From: a virus
Direction: 5' to 3' (one strand)
IMG/VR virus record: IMGVR_UViG_3300031964_000019
Coordinates: 3,140-67,139 of that record
Length of the DNA: 64,000 nucleotides
Below are positions 47,499 to 56,918 of this stretch, piece after piece; the first letter of the stretch is position 1, and every line of letters begins with the position of its first letter. Made by a program: the position numbers and the translations under genes. Below the pieces are notes generated by a model. It was not told the DNA's origin and did not search any database. It saw nothing but the letters and a program-made list of their open reading frames with translations.

Positions 47499-48082
47499 CC
47501 GCGTTCGTGGTTCCAACAGCGCCGGTCGAGGATGACGCCCTTGACGATGTCCTGCAGGCCATGGTCGTGGGCATCACCGGTCTCGAGGCGGACCTCGTGC
47601 GACCGCGCTGGCAGGTCGTGACGCCGAAGCAGCCGGAGCCGGGGACCAACTGGTGCTCCATCGGCGTCATCTCATCTACCGCTGACACGTTCGCAGTCAT
47701 GCAGCACATCGCGGGAGTCTCGATCACCGAGCCGGCTGGGGATTTGTCGCAGCGCCACGAGGCGCTCGAGGTGCTGGTGAGCTTCTACGGCCCCAACGCG
47801 AAAGGGAACCTCGGCGTTCTGCGCGACGGCCTCGGCGTCTCTCAGAACCTCGAAGCGGCCAAGGCCTCCGGACTGTACTTCACCGGCACGATGGAGCCTG
47901 GCCGCGCCGCACCGGAGTTCATAAACCAACAGTGGGTGCGGCGGTGGGACTCGTCCCTGACGTTCCGCCGCATGGTCGCGCGCGCGTACCTCATCAACAA
48001 CATCCTCTCGGCCGAAGTCGACCTGTTTGATGGCGATGGCCATATCTACGACGTGATCGAAGCGCCGCCCGCCGGGCGCTGA
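47495..48082 (+). CDS. Tail terminator/neck protein
   Basis: ITGL...VRPRWQ...P.P...WCSIG...SFYGPNA...PEFINQQWVRR.D. Confidence 0.75.
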   Translation: MTAFVVPTAPVEDDALDDVLQAMVVGITGLEADLVRPRWQVVTPKQPEPGTNWCSIGVISSTADTFAVMQHIAGVSITEPAGDLSQRHEALEVLVSFYGPNAKGNLGVLRDGLGVSQNLEAAKASGLYFTGTMEPGRAAPEFINQQWVRRWDSSLTFRRMVARAYLINNILSAEVDLFDGDGHIYDVIEAPPAGR

Positions 48083-48109
48083 CACAGCCTCTCCTCGCCC
48101 GAACTCACG

Positions 48110-48134
48110 AACCCCGCCCAGTGCGGGGTTTTTT
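48110..48134 (+). terminator. Terminator-like hairpin before sheath
   Basis: AACCCCGC-CCAGT-GCGGGGTT-TTTT. Confidence 0.7.
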
Positions 48135-48161
48135 ATTGCCCGAAATTTGAGGTACCCCGAC

Positions 48162-49643
48162 ATGACAGGCCTGTCCGTCAACGACGTCGTCACTGTTCAG
48201 ATCCAGATGTCGCCTGTCGCGGCGGCGACTCGCAACTTCGGCAGCCTGCTCATCGTCGGTGATTCGGATGTGATCGACACGAATCAGCGCTATCGGCTCT
48301 ACACCTCGATTCAGGGCATTTCGACGGACTTCGGCACGTCGGCGCCGGAATACCAGGCGGCACTGCTGTTCTTCAGCCAGTCTCCGCAACCCTCGCAGTG
48401 TTACGTCGGACGTTGGGCCGCATCCGCCACTCGAGGGCGCGTCACCGGCTCGCCGCTGAGCGCCTCGCAGCAAGGCATCGGCAACTTCACCGGCATCCTA
48501 AACGGCGGTGTCAACTTCACCGTCGACGGCAACGCCAAGAATCTGACGGGCCTCAACTTCTCTGCGCAGACCAATCTGAATGGGGTTGCCTCTGTTATCC
48601 AGTCCGCCTTCGCCGGTTCGGCGACGGTCGTCTGGAATGCGACCTACGGTTACTTCCAGATCAAGAGCGCGACGACCGGCTCGTCTTCGGCAGTGTCGTT
48701 TGCCACGACCGGAACCGGCACGGATGTCTCCGCGCTCCTAGGCCTGCAGTCCACCCAGGGCGGCACCAGTGTCAACGGAATCTTCGCCGAGACCATCGAA
48801 ACCTGCGTCAGCACCTTCCTCAGCCTGACGAATGCGTGGTACGGCCTGCAGATCGCGGCCGCTACGGGAATCGCCGACTCCGACTACGTGCAGACAGCGA
48901 GTCTCATCGAGGCCGCGTCCCCGTCACATATCTTCGGCGTTACGACGCAGGAGACTGCGGCGCTTCTGTCGACCAGCACGACAGACCTCGCGGCGCTTCT
49001 TCAGGCTGGCGGGTACACGCGTACGTTCTGCCAATATTCCAGCAGCAATCCGTACGCCTCGACCTCCATCTTCGGGCGCGCCTTCTCGGTCAACTTCAAT
49101 GCGTCCAACACGACCATCACGCTGAAGTTCAAGCAGGAGCCGACCATCGCGGGAGAGGTGCTCAGCGAGACCGCCGCGGCCGTCCTGACCGCGAAGAATT
49201 GCAACGTCTTCGTCGCATACAACAACAACACGTTCATCATCCAGCAGGGAACGATGGCGAACGGCTTCTTCTTCGACGAGATCCACGGCACCGACTGGCT
49301 GCAGAATCAGATGCAGACGGACGTCTATAACCTTCTCTATACCTCGACGACCAAGATTCCCCAGACCGACGCGGGCATCAATCAGATCGCGACCCAGGTC
49401 ACGCAAGACTGCCAGCTTGGAGTCAACAACGGACTCATCGCGCCGGGGCCGTGGAACGGTCCAGCCGTGGGGGCCATCGTACCCGGTCAGTACCTGACGA
49501 CAGGGTACTACGTCTACCAACCGCCTATCGCGAGTCAGAATCAGACCGCGCGCGTCGCTCGCATTGCGCCTCCCATTCAGTGTGCCATCAACCTCGCGGG
49601 AGCAGTCCACTTCGCGGGCGTCATCGTAAACGTCAACCGCTAG
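48162..49643 (+). CDS. Tail sheath protein (DUF3383)
   Basis: RNFGSLLI.G...FG..APEY.AA...FSQSP...KFKQEP...DEIHGTDWLQN...KIPQTDAG...GAVH. Confidence 0.92.
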   Translation: MTGLSVNDVVTVQIQMSPVAAATRNFGSLLIVGDSDVIDTNQRYRLYTSIQGISTDFGTSAPEYQAALLFFSQSPQPSQCYVGRWAASATRGRVTGSPLSASQQGIGNFTGILNGGVNFTVDGNAKNLTGLNFSAQTNLNGVASVIQSAFAGSATVVWNATYGYFQIKSATTGSSSAVSFATTGTGTDVSALLGLQSTQGGTSVNGIFAETIETCVSTFLSLTNAWYGLQIAAATGIADSDYVQTASLIEAASPSHIFGVTTQETAALLSTSTTDLAALLQAGGYTRTFCQYSSSNPYASTSIFGRAFSVNFNASNTTITLKFKQEPTIAGEVLSETAAAVLTAKNCNVFVAYNNNTFIIQQGTMANGFFFDEIHGTDWLQNQMQTDVYNLLYTSTTKIPQTDAGINQIATQVTQDCQLGVNNGLIAPGPWNGPAVGAIVPGQYLTTGYYVYQPPIASQNQTARVARIAPPIQCAINLAGAVHFAGVIVNVNR

Positions 49644-49656
49644 AGGAGCGACTCCC

Positions 49657-50106
49657 ATTAGCACGTATTCCTTTCTCGATGTTGTAGCAACCATTTCCGG
49701 CCCCACCGGCTCGTGCAACCTCGCAAAAGATGCTGGCGCAGCTCCCGAGGGCATTACCTTCGAGCCAGCCGGCGATAAAAACACCATGACCATTGGCGCG
49801 GGTGGCGCGGTTCAACACTCTTTGCACGCGGACAAGTCCGGTCACTGCACGGTGCGATTGCTCAAAACATCGCCCATCAATGCGGTGCTCCAAGCTATGT
49901 ACGACGTGCAGACCAGCTCCGCGGCACTTCACGGTCAGAACACCATCATGTGCCAGCAGAAGGCCTCCGGGGATGTGATCACCGCCCGGCAGGTCGCCTT
50001 CAAACGCAATTCGGCCGCCAACTACCAGGTCGAGGCCGGGGTGATGGAGTGGCAGTTTGATGTGGGGCAGTTCGATAAGGTCTTGGGGACCTATCCGACA
50101 AGTTAG
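49657..50106 (+). CDS. Tail tube protein (DUF3277), ATT start
   Basis: AGAGGAG SD, then ATT AGC ACG TAT TCC TTT CTC GAT = (M)STYSFLDV, in frame with MTIGAGG...HSLHADKSG..TVRLLKTSP.N. Confidence 0.85.
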   Translation: MSTYSFLDVVATISGPTGSCNLAKDAGAAPEGITFEPAGDKNTMTIGAGGAVQHSLHADKSGHCTVRLLKTSPINAVLQAMYDVQTSSAALHGQNTIMCQQKASGDVITARQVAFKRNSAANYQVEAGVMEWQFDVGQFDKVLGTYPTS

Positions 50107-50147
50107 AAGAAACATAAACCAAATGAATCAAACCGGGAAATACCACT

Positions 50148-50666
50148 ATGGAATTCGAGCTTCATGATCGAAAGTTTCGCGTAAAGAAACTGTCGGCGTT
50201 CGGACAACTGCATCTATCGCGCCGGGTGGCGCCGTTACTGCCACCACTCGCTCCGCTGATCGTCAAGATCACCCAGAAGGCGCGGGAGGAACGTGAGAAA
50301 GGAGAGGACGGCCCAGCCGGTTCTTTACTGTCCACGGACGTGCTGGCCTTGGCCGAGCTCGCGCTGCCCTTTGCAGAGGCGCTCGCCTCAATGAGTGACG
50401 AGGACGCGGAGCGGGTGTTCACCATGACACTGACCTGCGTCGAGGTGCTCACCGATCCAGGTCACAACGTCTGGATGCCACTGTGGCTGGCTGGGGGCAA
50501 GGCGCCAATGGTGATGGAGCTTGATGACGCCGCGGCACTTCTGCCCATCGTCGTGCGCGTGATTGTCCACAACCTCGGAAATTTTATGGACACACTTCTT
50601 ACACGCCGCGAGGAAGTGGGGCCTGCATCGATTGGCGGCATCTCCCCGGCGAGGAAGACTGGCTGA
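50148..50666 (+). CDS. Tail assembly chaperone (G-like)
   Basis: FRVKKLSAFGQLHLSRRVAPLLP; between tube and tape measure. Confidence 0.8.
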   Translation: MEFELHDRKFRVKKLSAFGQLHLSRRVAPLLPPLAPLIVKITQKAREEREKGEDGPAGSLLSTDVLALAELALPFAEALASMSDEDAERVFTMTLTCVEVLTDPGHNVWMPLWLAGGKAPMVMELDDAAALLPIVVRVIVHNLGNFMDTLLTRREEVGPASIGGISPARKTG

Positions 50667-50827
50667 TGATCCCGGTGCTTTCAACGCCACCGCTGTGTCG
50701 TCTGAAGGAACTCCAGGACGGCACCTATGATCTCGCGGATGTGGCGCTGATGATCGACGCGCTGATGGTCAAGGCCGATAACGAGGCCATCATGGAGAAC
50801 ATTCGCGCGGGGCAGCGTGGCAACTGA
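50579..50827 (+). CDS. -1 frameshift extension of the chaperone (GT-like)
   Basis: Slippery A AAT TTT at 50579-50585; the -1 frame is open to TGA 50827 and encodes LPGEEDWL.IPV...LKELQDGTYDLADVALM.DAL. Confidence 0.75.
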   Translation, partial: KFYGHTSYTPRGSGACIDWRHLPGEEDWLMIPVLSTPPLCRLKELQDGTYDLADVALMIDALMVKADNEAIMENIRAGQRGN

Positions 50828-52511
50828 GACCATCCGAGAATTTCTCGTGTCGCTGGGCTTCGTCAGCGACGAACCGGCACTGAAGAAGTTCGAGCAGGGA
50901 ATCAGTAACGCGACCAAGGCCGTGTTTGCCTTGGCGACTGCGATCGAAACCACGGCGGTAGCGGTCGCGGCAGGCGTCGCCAGATTAGCCAGCAATCTGG
51001 AGACCCTGTATTTCGCAGCTCAGCGCACCGGCTCGTCGGCCACGCAGCTCAAGGCGCTTGACGTGGCTGCGCGTAGCTTGGGAGCGCAGGCTGGCGAAGC
51101 ACAGGCGGCTGTCGAGGGATTGGCGACCGCGCTGCGGACCAACCCGGGCAACGTCGGAGTTCTGACGGGCCTTCTCGGGCGCTTCGGGATGACGGCGCAG
51201 AAGAATGCCAACGGCACGATCAATGCGGCGGATGCGCTGATCAAGTTGTCTCAAGCTTTCAAAAGCATGGGGCCTCAAGCGTATTTTCAGGCGGCCCAGT
51301 TCGCGCAACAGCTGGGAATTTCAGAGCAGACGCTGTATCAGCTGACGAGCGGTGATCTGGTTGGAAAGTATAGAACGGAACTTGAGAGGCTCGGCACTGA
51401 CGGATTCGATAAGGCGGCCGAAAACTCGCACAACTTCATGGATCAGTTGCGAGACTTCGGTGCGCAACTGGAACTGTTTGGGGCACGCGTCGAGAGTGTT
51501 CTCACCAGTAAACTCATCGGCAACCTGCAAAAAGCATCCGATTGGTTAGTCACCAACGGGCCGGCCCTGGCGAAAACCGTGTCCGATGCGGCGGCCCAGA
51601 TCATTCAGGCCGCCCAATGGATCGGTGACAAGGTCGCGTGGCTCGTCGGAAAGCTCAAAGAATGGAACGAGGAGACCGGTGGCCTCTCCACCAAGCTCCT
51701 CGCGCTGGCTGTATTGCTGAAGGTCAGCGGTGCCGGATCGATCATCGGTGGCGTCTTGTCACTCGCCGGCGCATTTGTGAGGCTCGCCGCCGCTATGGCT
51801 GGCGTCAATGCTGCTGGCTCAGCCGGAGTGCTGGCAAGACTTCTGGGGCCGGTTGGCGCCGGTGTCGCAGCAGGGTGGGCGCTGGACAAGTATTTTCCTA
51901 ACAACTGGCTGGCTCAAGCCGGCAGAAAGTTAGGCGGTGACTGGTACGACGCTCTGCATCCTTACGGTGACAGCCTCGGCTTGCGTCTGAATAACCCCGG
52001 CAACCTCGAATTCCGCAATCAAGCTTATGCCATCCCTGGCGGTCCCGGAGGACGCTGGGCGAATTTTGCCAGTCCGGGCGAAGGACTTTTTGCACTCGGC
52101 AGGCAGTTGGAAATGTACGGCATGCGCGGCATCAACAGCGTGCAATCTATCGTAAGCAAGTGGGCACCTCCTGGCGAAAACAACACCGCCGGCTATATCC
52201 GCGATGTCATGAAGCGCACGGGCTACTCTGCCGATCAAGCGCTTAACTTGCAGGACCCCGCAGTGTTGTCCAACCTTATGAATGCTGTGATCTGGCACGA
52301 GCAGGGCAAGAATCCTTATCAGGCTGGCCTTGTTTCAGGAAAAGCCGGCGAGGCTATCGACTACGTTCGCGGCACCACTGTGGTTTCTCCGCAGACGACG
52401 ATTCACGTGAACGGCGCGGGCGATCCGAGCGCGGTCGCCAAGCGAGTGGCCGACCAGCAGCGTCAGGTGAACGCCGACCTCACGCGCAACTTCGTCACGC
52501 CGGTGCAGTGA
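50817..52511 (+). CDS. Tape measure protein with C-terminal lysozyme-like domain
   Basis: TIREFLVSLGF N-terminus, helical A/L-rich body; NNPGNL...FASP.EG...WAP..ENNT..YI..V. Confidence 0.88.
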   Translation: MATETIREFLVSLGFVSDEPALKKFEQGISNATKAVFALATAIETTAVAVAAGVARLASNLETLYFAAQRTGSSATQLKALDVAARSLGAQAGEAQAAVEGLATALRTNPGNVGVLTGLLGRFGMTAQKNANGTINAADALIKLSQAFKSMGPQAYFQAAQFAQQLGISEQTLYQLTSGDLVGKYRTELERLGTDGFDKAAENSHNFMDQLRDFGAQLELFGARVESVLTSKLIGNLQKASDWLVTNGPALAKTVSDAAAQIIQAAQWIGDKVAWLVGKLKEWNEETGGLSTKLLALAVLLKVSGAGSIIGGVLSLAGAFVRLAAAMAGVNAAGSAGVLARLLGPVGAGVAAGWALDKYFPNNWLAQAGRKLGGDWYDALHPYGDSLGLRLNNPGNLEFRNQAYAIPGGPGGRWANFASPGEGLFALGRQLEMYGMRGINSVQSIVSKWAPPGENNTAGYIRDVMKRTGYSADQALNLQDPAVLSNLMNAVIWHEQGKNPYQAGLVSGKAGEAIDYVRGTTVVSPQTTIHVNGAGDPSAVAKRVADQQRQVNADLTRNFVTPVQ

Positions 52512-52512
52512 G

Positions 52513-53256
52513 ATGGCCGCGAATTTCGCTCTAGGCAGCCTCGGCGGTGTCGGCAACCTGGGCGAAGTCACCATCCTCGGCGCGCTGAACGTCGTTTTGC
52601 AGCAGTCCAACATGATCGGCGGCATCCAGGTCGACACGACGATCGACGAGTCCTATGAGGATTCGCTCGAGATTACCGAGCATCCGGTTGAAGCTGGGGC
52701 TGCGATCACCGACCACTGCTTCAAGCGACCGATGGAACTCGTGCTCTCGTGCGGGTGGTCGGACTCCAGCGCGTCAGGATTGTTCGGCGTCGCCTCCAGT
52801 GTGTTGCAGGCAGTATCCCCGGTCGCCGCTGGCATTGTCGGCATTGCGACGGCAGCCTCATCCTTCCTGTCGAATCCTGGCGCTGGCAACAGCGGGTCGT
52901 TCGCCGGCGGTTCCATGGCCGCATCTGACTACGTTGCCGGCATCTATTCGCAGCTTCTCCAGCTCCAGCAGTCGCGCAAGCCGTTCGAAGTCATCTCCGG
53001 CCTGCGCGTCTACGACAACATGCTGCTGCAGTCGATCCGGGTGCGCCGCGATCAGCGCTCGCAGTACACCCTGAACGTCCAGGCGGTGATGCGCGAAGTC
53101 ATCATCGTCTCGACGCAGACGGCCACGTTGGCGCCGCAGGCGAATCAGGCCAATCCCGCCTCGACCGCGGACACCACGAATGTCGGTCAGCAGCAGTTGC
53201 AGTCGAGCTCGAACGTGTCGCCGCTGACGGCCGTCCTGCCGCCGCAATCGCAATGA
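52513..53256 (+). CDS. Baseplate/tube-initiator protein
   Basis: E.Y.DSLEITEHPVEAGAAITDH...Y.QLLQLQ...PFEV.SG.RVYDNML. Confidence 0.8.
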   Translation: MAANFALGSLGGVGNLGEVTILGALNVVLQQSNMIGGIQVDTTIDESYEDSLEITEHPVEAGAAITDHCFKRPMELVLSCGWSDSSASGLFGVASSVLQAVSPVAAGIVGIATAASSFLSNPGAGNSGSFAGGSMAASDYVAGIYSQLLQLQQSRKPFEVISGLRVYDNMLLQSIRVRRDQRSQYTLNVQAVMREVIIVSTQTATLAPQANQANPASTADTTNVGQQQLQSSSNVSPLTAVLPPQSQ

Positions 53257-53585
53257 GCGCGGTATTTGAAATCCCGTTGCAGGTGGGCATGCCGCAGACC
53301 ATTACGGGCATTCAGCTCGGCGCGACGACCTACCAGATGACGTTTCTGTACCGGAACGACACGTCTGGGCTGGGTGGCTGGACGGTAGACATCTTCGACG
53401 CGAGCGGGAACCCAATCCTGCAAGGCGTACCGCTCGTGACCGGCGCGGATCTGCTCGCGCAATACCCTCATTTGGGCTTTACCGGGTCGCTGATTGTGCA
53501 GACCACATCCAACCCGGATGCGGTGCCCACCTTCGCGAATCTCGGTAGTGACGGGGTCGTTTACTGGGTAACGCCGCCCGTATGA
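53253..53585 (+). CDS. Small baseplate protein
   Basis: EIPL...Y......W.VDI.D..G.PIL.G.PLVTGADLL.QY. Confidence 0.75.
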   Translation: MSAVFEIPLQVGMPQTITGIQLGATTYQMTFLYRNDTSGLGGWTVDIFDASGNPILQGVPLVTGADLLAQYPHLGFTGSLIVQTTSNPDAVPTFANLGSDGVVYWVTPPV

Positions 53586-54604
53586 GCCAACAGTATCTTC
53601 GGCAAATCTCGCTGGTGGTCGCCAACGCAGCGGGTCAGGGCCTGGAGTTGGGGGCGCTGCGCGTCGTGTTCGAGGTGCGCCGAGGCGATACCCAGACTCC
53701 CAACACCTGCACAGTCCGGGTGTACAACGTCTCGCCGAACACTTCAAACGCGCTACGGTATCGGGGAGCCTCCGAGTTCACCCAACTCGTGCTGAAGGTT
53801 GCCTACCAAGACCAGCCGCTGGCGCAGATTTTCTACGGGTCTATCAAGCAGGTTCGGCAGGGTCGCGAGGACCAGAAGAATTCGTATATCGCCATCACCG
53901 CTGCGGACGGCGATAGCGTTTATAACTTCGTGCCGCTGAGTTTCACGTTGGCTGCGGGCAACACGCCTCAAAACGCCGTGACGAACTTGATAGGCGTTGC
54001 AGCCGCCGCCGCAGCAACCTATGGCAGTCCCACAGGCGGTCCCGGCGGTCAGCCGCTCACGCAAGGATACATGCCCACCCTGAATCCGAACCGCTCGATT
54101 CGGGGCAAGGTGTTCTATGGAGACTGGAAAGATGAGATGCGGTCGCTCGCTGATACCCAGGACTGCACGTGGAGCATTCAGGACGGCAAGCTCCAGTTCG
54201 TGTTGAAAACCGGGTACATACCCGCGCCGCCCGTGCTCATCACGCCATCGACCGGCCTCATCGGCGTACCGGAACAAACACAGAACGGCTTGTCTCTGCG
54301 CGTGCTACTCAATCCGAACATCAAGATCGGGCAGACGATCAAGCTCGATTCGACCGACATCAACGAGTTGCAGTACGGGCTGGATACGCAATCCGTCGCC
54401 AACAACCTGAATCTCCAACAGGGCGCGACCGCAAAGAGTGCGGACGGGACTTACTACGTCATGCGCGCTGAACATTTCGGCGACACACGCGCAACAGCTT
54501 GGTACACCGACCTGATCTGTCTGTCGGTCAACGCGACCGTGACGCCTCCTTCCAGCGTTGCGCAGGCGGCCATCGCTGACGCAGACGCCATTCCGAGGTA
54601 CTGA
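53582..54604 (+). CDS. Baseplate hub protein
   Basis: QYLRQISLVV...LRVVFEV...PN...VYN...I.AADGD...WSIQDG...TGLIG.PEQT..G....LLNP. Confidence 0.85.
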   Translation: MSQQYLRQISLVVANAAGQGLELGALRVVFEVRRGDTQTPNTCTVRVYNVSPNTSNALRYRGASEFTQLVLKVAYQDQPLAQIFYGSIKQVRQGREDQKNSYIAITAADGDSVYNFVPLSFTLAAGNTPQNAVTNLIGVAAAAAATYGSPTGGPGGQPLTQGYMPTLNPNRSIRGKVFYGDWKDEMRSLADTQDCTWSIQDGKLQFVLKTGYIPAPPVLITPSTGLIGVPEQTQNGLSLRVLLNPNIKIGQTIKLDSTDINELQYGLDTQSVANNLNLQQGATAKSADGTYYVMRAEHFGDTRATAWYTDLICLSVNATVTPPSSVAQAAIADADAIPRY

Positions 54605-54607
54605 GCA

Positions 54608-55351
54608 ATGGACCGTCGCGAGCGAGTCCTCGACGAAGAGGAAACGCTGCGCATGGCATTCGGCTCAATGATCGCGAGAGCCTGGACCGCGCTGCCCGGT
54701 CAGATCCAAGCCGTCACCAACAACGGCAACACCGTCGAGGTCCAACCGGCCATCAACGGTCGCGTGCTCCAATTGAACGGCACCTACAAGCCCATGCAGA
54801 TGCCGAAGCTTGTTGACGTACCAATCTGTTGGCAGGGCGGCGGTGGCGCCACGTGGACGTTTCCTATCGCTAAGGGCGACGAGTGCCTGGTCGTCTTCTC
54901 ATCTCGCTGTATCGATGCGTGGTGGCAGAACGGCTTTGTGACGCCAGCCGGCGGAAGCGGAGCGGATGGCAAGCCGATGAACGTGCAGAACAATCCGCCA
55001 GAGTTCCGGATGCATAGCTTGTCGGACGGCTTCGCAATTGTCGGTGTGCGCTCCAAGGCCCGGGCTTTCAGCCAATTCGATGCCAACACGGCACGACTTC
55101 GAACGGACGATGACTCCTGCTATCTGGAGTTCGATCCGACCAACAAGAAACTCAACGGCGTCTTCCCGGGAGGAATCACTTTGAACGGCGTCACAATAGA
55201 CACCAACGGCAACGTCGTGACCGCCGGCAACATTACCGGCGCGACCGTGACGGGCACGACGCAGGTCGTGGCAGGCAGTGGTGGCAGCGCGGTCCATCTC
55301 GCCACGCATACCCATCCCTCCAACGGCGCGCCGCCAACACCTGGCACATGA
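54608..55351 (+). CDS. Baseplate spike (gp138/gpV-like)
   Basis: WTALPG...DVPI..QGGG...TFPI.KGDECLVVFS.RCID.WW...MHSLSDGFA; terminal HTHP metal motif. Confidence 0.88.
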   Translation: MDRRERVLDEEETLRMAFGSMIARAWTALPGQIQAVTNNGNTVEVQPAINGRVLQLNGTYKPMQMPKLVDVPICWQGGGGATWTFPIAKGDECLVVFSSRCIDAWWQNGFVTPAGGSGADGKPMNVQNNPPEFRMHSLSDGFAIVGVRSKARAFSQFDANTARLRTDDDSCYLEFDPTNKKLNGVFPGGITLNGVTIDTNGNVVTAGNITGATVTGTTQVVAGSGGSAVHLATHTHPSNGAPPTPGT

Positions 55352-55716
55352 GAACCCGTCCACTCTCACCCACCGGGGATATGACCATTGGTCAACCCTG
55401 GTACATCAATAGTCCGCAGGCCGTCGAGCAGACGATCAGCACGCGCCTGAAGTTGTGGCTCGGCGAGTGGTTCTTGGATGTCAGCGATGGCACGCCCTAT
55501 CTCACGGAAGTGCTCGGTGAGCGCTACGGCAAGACTCCTGACGCCGCGATCAAGGCCCGCATTCTCGGTACCCCCGGCGTCACACAGCTCATCTCCTACT
55601 CGAGCACGTTCAGTGGCAGCTCGACCCGGCAGTTCACTGTCAACGCCACCGTCCAAACACAGTACAGCGTGACACCGATTGCGGTATCCATTCCGTTGGG
55701 AAGCTCCACGACATGA
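55348..55716 (+). CDS. Baseplate wedge gp25/W-like protein
   Basis: AVEQ.I.TRL.LWLGEWFLD..DGTPY...RILGTPGV. Confidence 0.85.
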   Translation: MRTRPLSPTGDMTIGQPWYINSPQAVEQTISTRLKLWLGEWFLDVSDGTPYLTEVLGERYGKTPDAAIKARILGTPGVTQLISYSSTFSGSSTRQFTVNATVQTQYSVTPIAVSIPLGSSTT

Positions 55717-56918
55717 CATCCCCCGTTGCCGCCACTATCAGCGCCACCGGCATCAGTGCGCCGAATTTCGCGGCGGTGCAAGCCTATCTCGTCGCTCAGT
55801 TTCAGGCGATCTATGGCGCTGACTCTTTTTTGGGCAACGATTCCGTCGATGGTCAGTGGATCGGCACGATTGCCTCCGCCATCAACGACTGCAACAGCGC
55901 AGCGGTCGCGGTCTACAACTCCTTCTCCCCGACCACTGGCCAGGGCAACGGCCTGTCGTCGAACGTCAAACTCAACGGCCTGACGCGCAACGTCGGCTCG
56001 TTCTCGACCGCGCCCATCTTATTGGTCGGCACCGAGAACACGGTCATCACCAACGGTCAGGTGCAGGACTCGAACGGCTTTCTCTGGGCGCTACCGGCAT
56101 CAGTCACGATTCCATTCAGCGGCACGATCACGGTCTCGGCCACCTGCACGACCATCGGCGCCATCAATGCCGCCGAAGGCGCGATTGCGGATATCGCCAC
56201 ACCGATACTGAACTGGCAGTCAGCCAGCAACTCCACGGCGGCGGCCACGGCCGGCAATCCGGTCGAGACCGATGCGCAACTGCGTATTCGACAGGCGAAT
56301 TCGGTCGCGCTACCCTCGGTCGGCATCTTCGACGGTATCGCCGCCTCGATCGCCCAGGTCGCCGGTGTCACGCGCGTCACACCGTACGAGAACAACACCA
56401 ACAGCTCGAACAGCAACGGCATCCCCGCCAATACGCTCGCCTTCGTTGTGGAAGGCGGTATCGCGCTGGCCATCGCTCAGGCGATTGCGGTCAAGATGCC
56501 CCCTGGGACGCCCAGCTACGCCACCGGCGCGGGCGCGCAGAACTTCACCATCACGAGCCCGAACGGCTACGCCAAGGTCGTTAACTTCATGCAGGCCGGG
56601 GTCGGCGCGCCCTCGGGCACCTCGAACTCCATCGGCGTCGACATCAGCATTCACGCGCTCAATGGCTATGCGACGTCGACCTCGGCGCTGATCACTTCAG
56701 CCCTGCAATCGGTCATCAACAACACGGCTATTGGTGGGGTGGTGAACGTGCCACTCCTCCTGCAAGCGGCGCTCCTGCCGGGGACGGCACAAGCCGGCAC
56801 ATACCTCATCAAGGCGCTGACCATCAACAGCAATGGTGGGGGCTTCCAGTCGACTGACATCACACTCGCCTTCAACGTCGCCGCCGTCGCCGGAACGGTC
56901 ACCGTCAGTAGCGTATGA
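55713..56918 (+). CDS. Baseplate J-like protein
   Basis: IYG.D..L..DS.DGQ...G.GLS..VK.NGL.R...ETDAQLR.RQ..SV...YEN.T. Confidence 0.9.
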   Translation: MTSPVAATISATGISAPNFAAVQAYLVAQFQAIYGADSFLGNDSVDGQWIGTIASAINDCNSAAVAVYNSFSPTTGQGNGLSSNVKLNGLTRNVGSFSTAPILLVGTENTVITNGQVQDSNGFLWALPASVTIPFSGTITVSATCTTIGAINAAEGAIADIATPILNWQSASNSTAAATAGNPVETDAQLRIRQANSVALPSVGIFDGIAASIAQVAGVTRVTPYENNTNSSNSNGIPANTLAFVVEGGIALAIAQAIAVKMPPGTPSYATGAGAQNFTITSPNGYAKVVNFMQAGVGAPSGTSNSIGVDISIHALNGYATSTSALITSALQSVINNTAIGGVVNVPLLLQAALLPGTAQAGTYLIKALTINSNGGGFQSTDITLAFNVAAVAGTVTVSSV

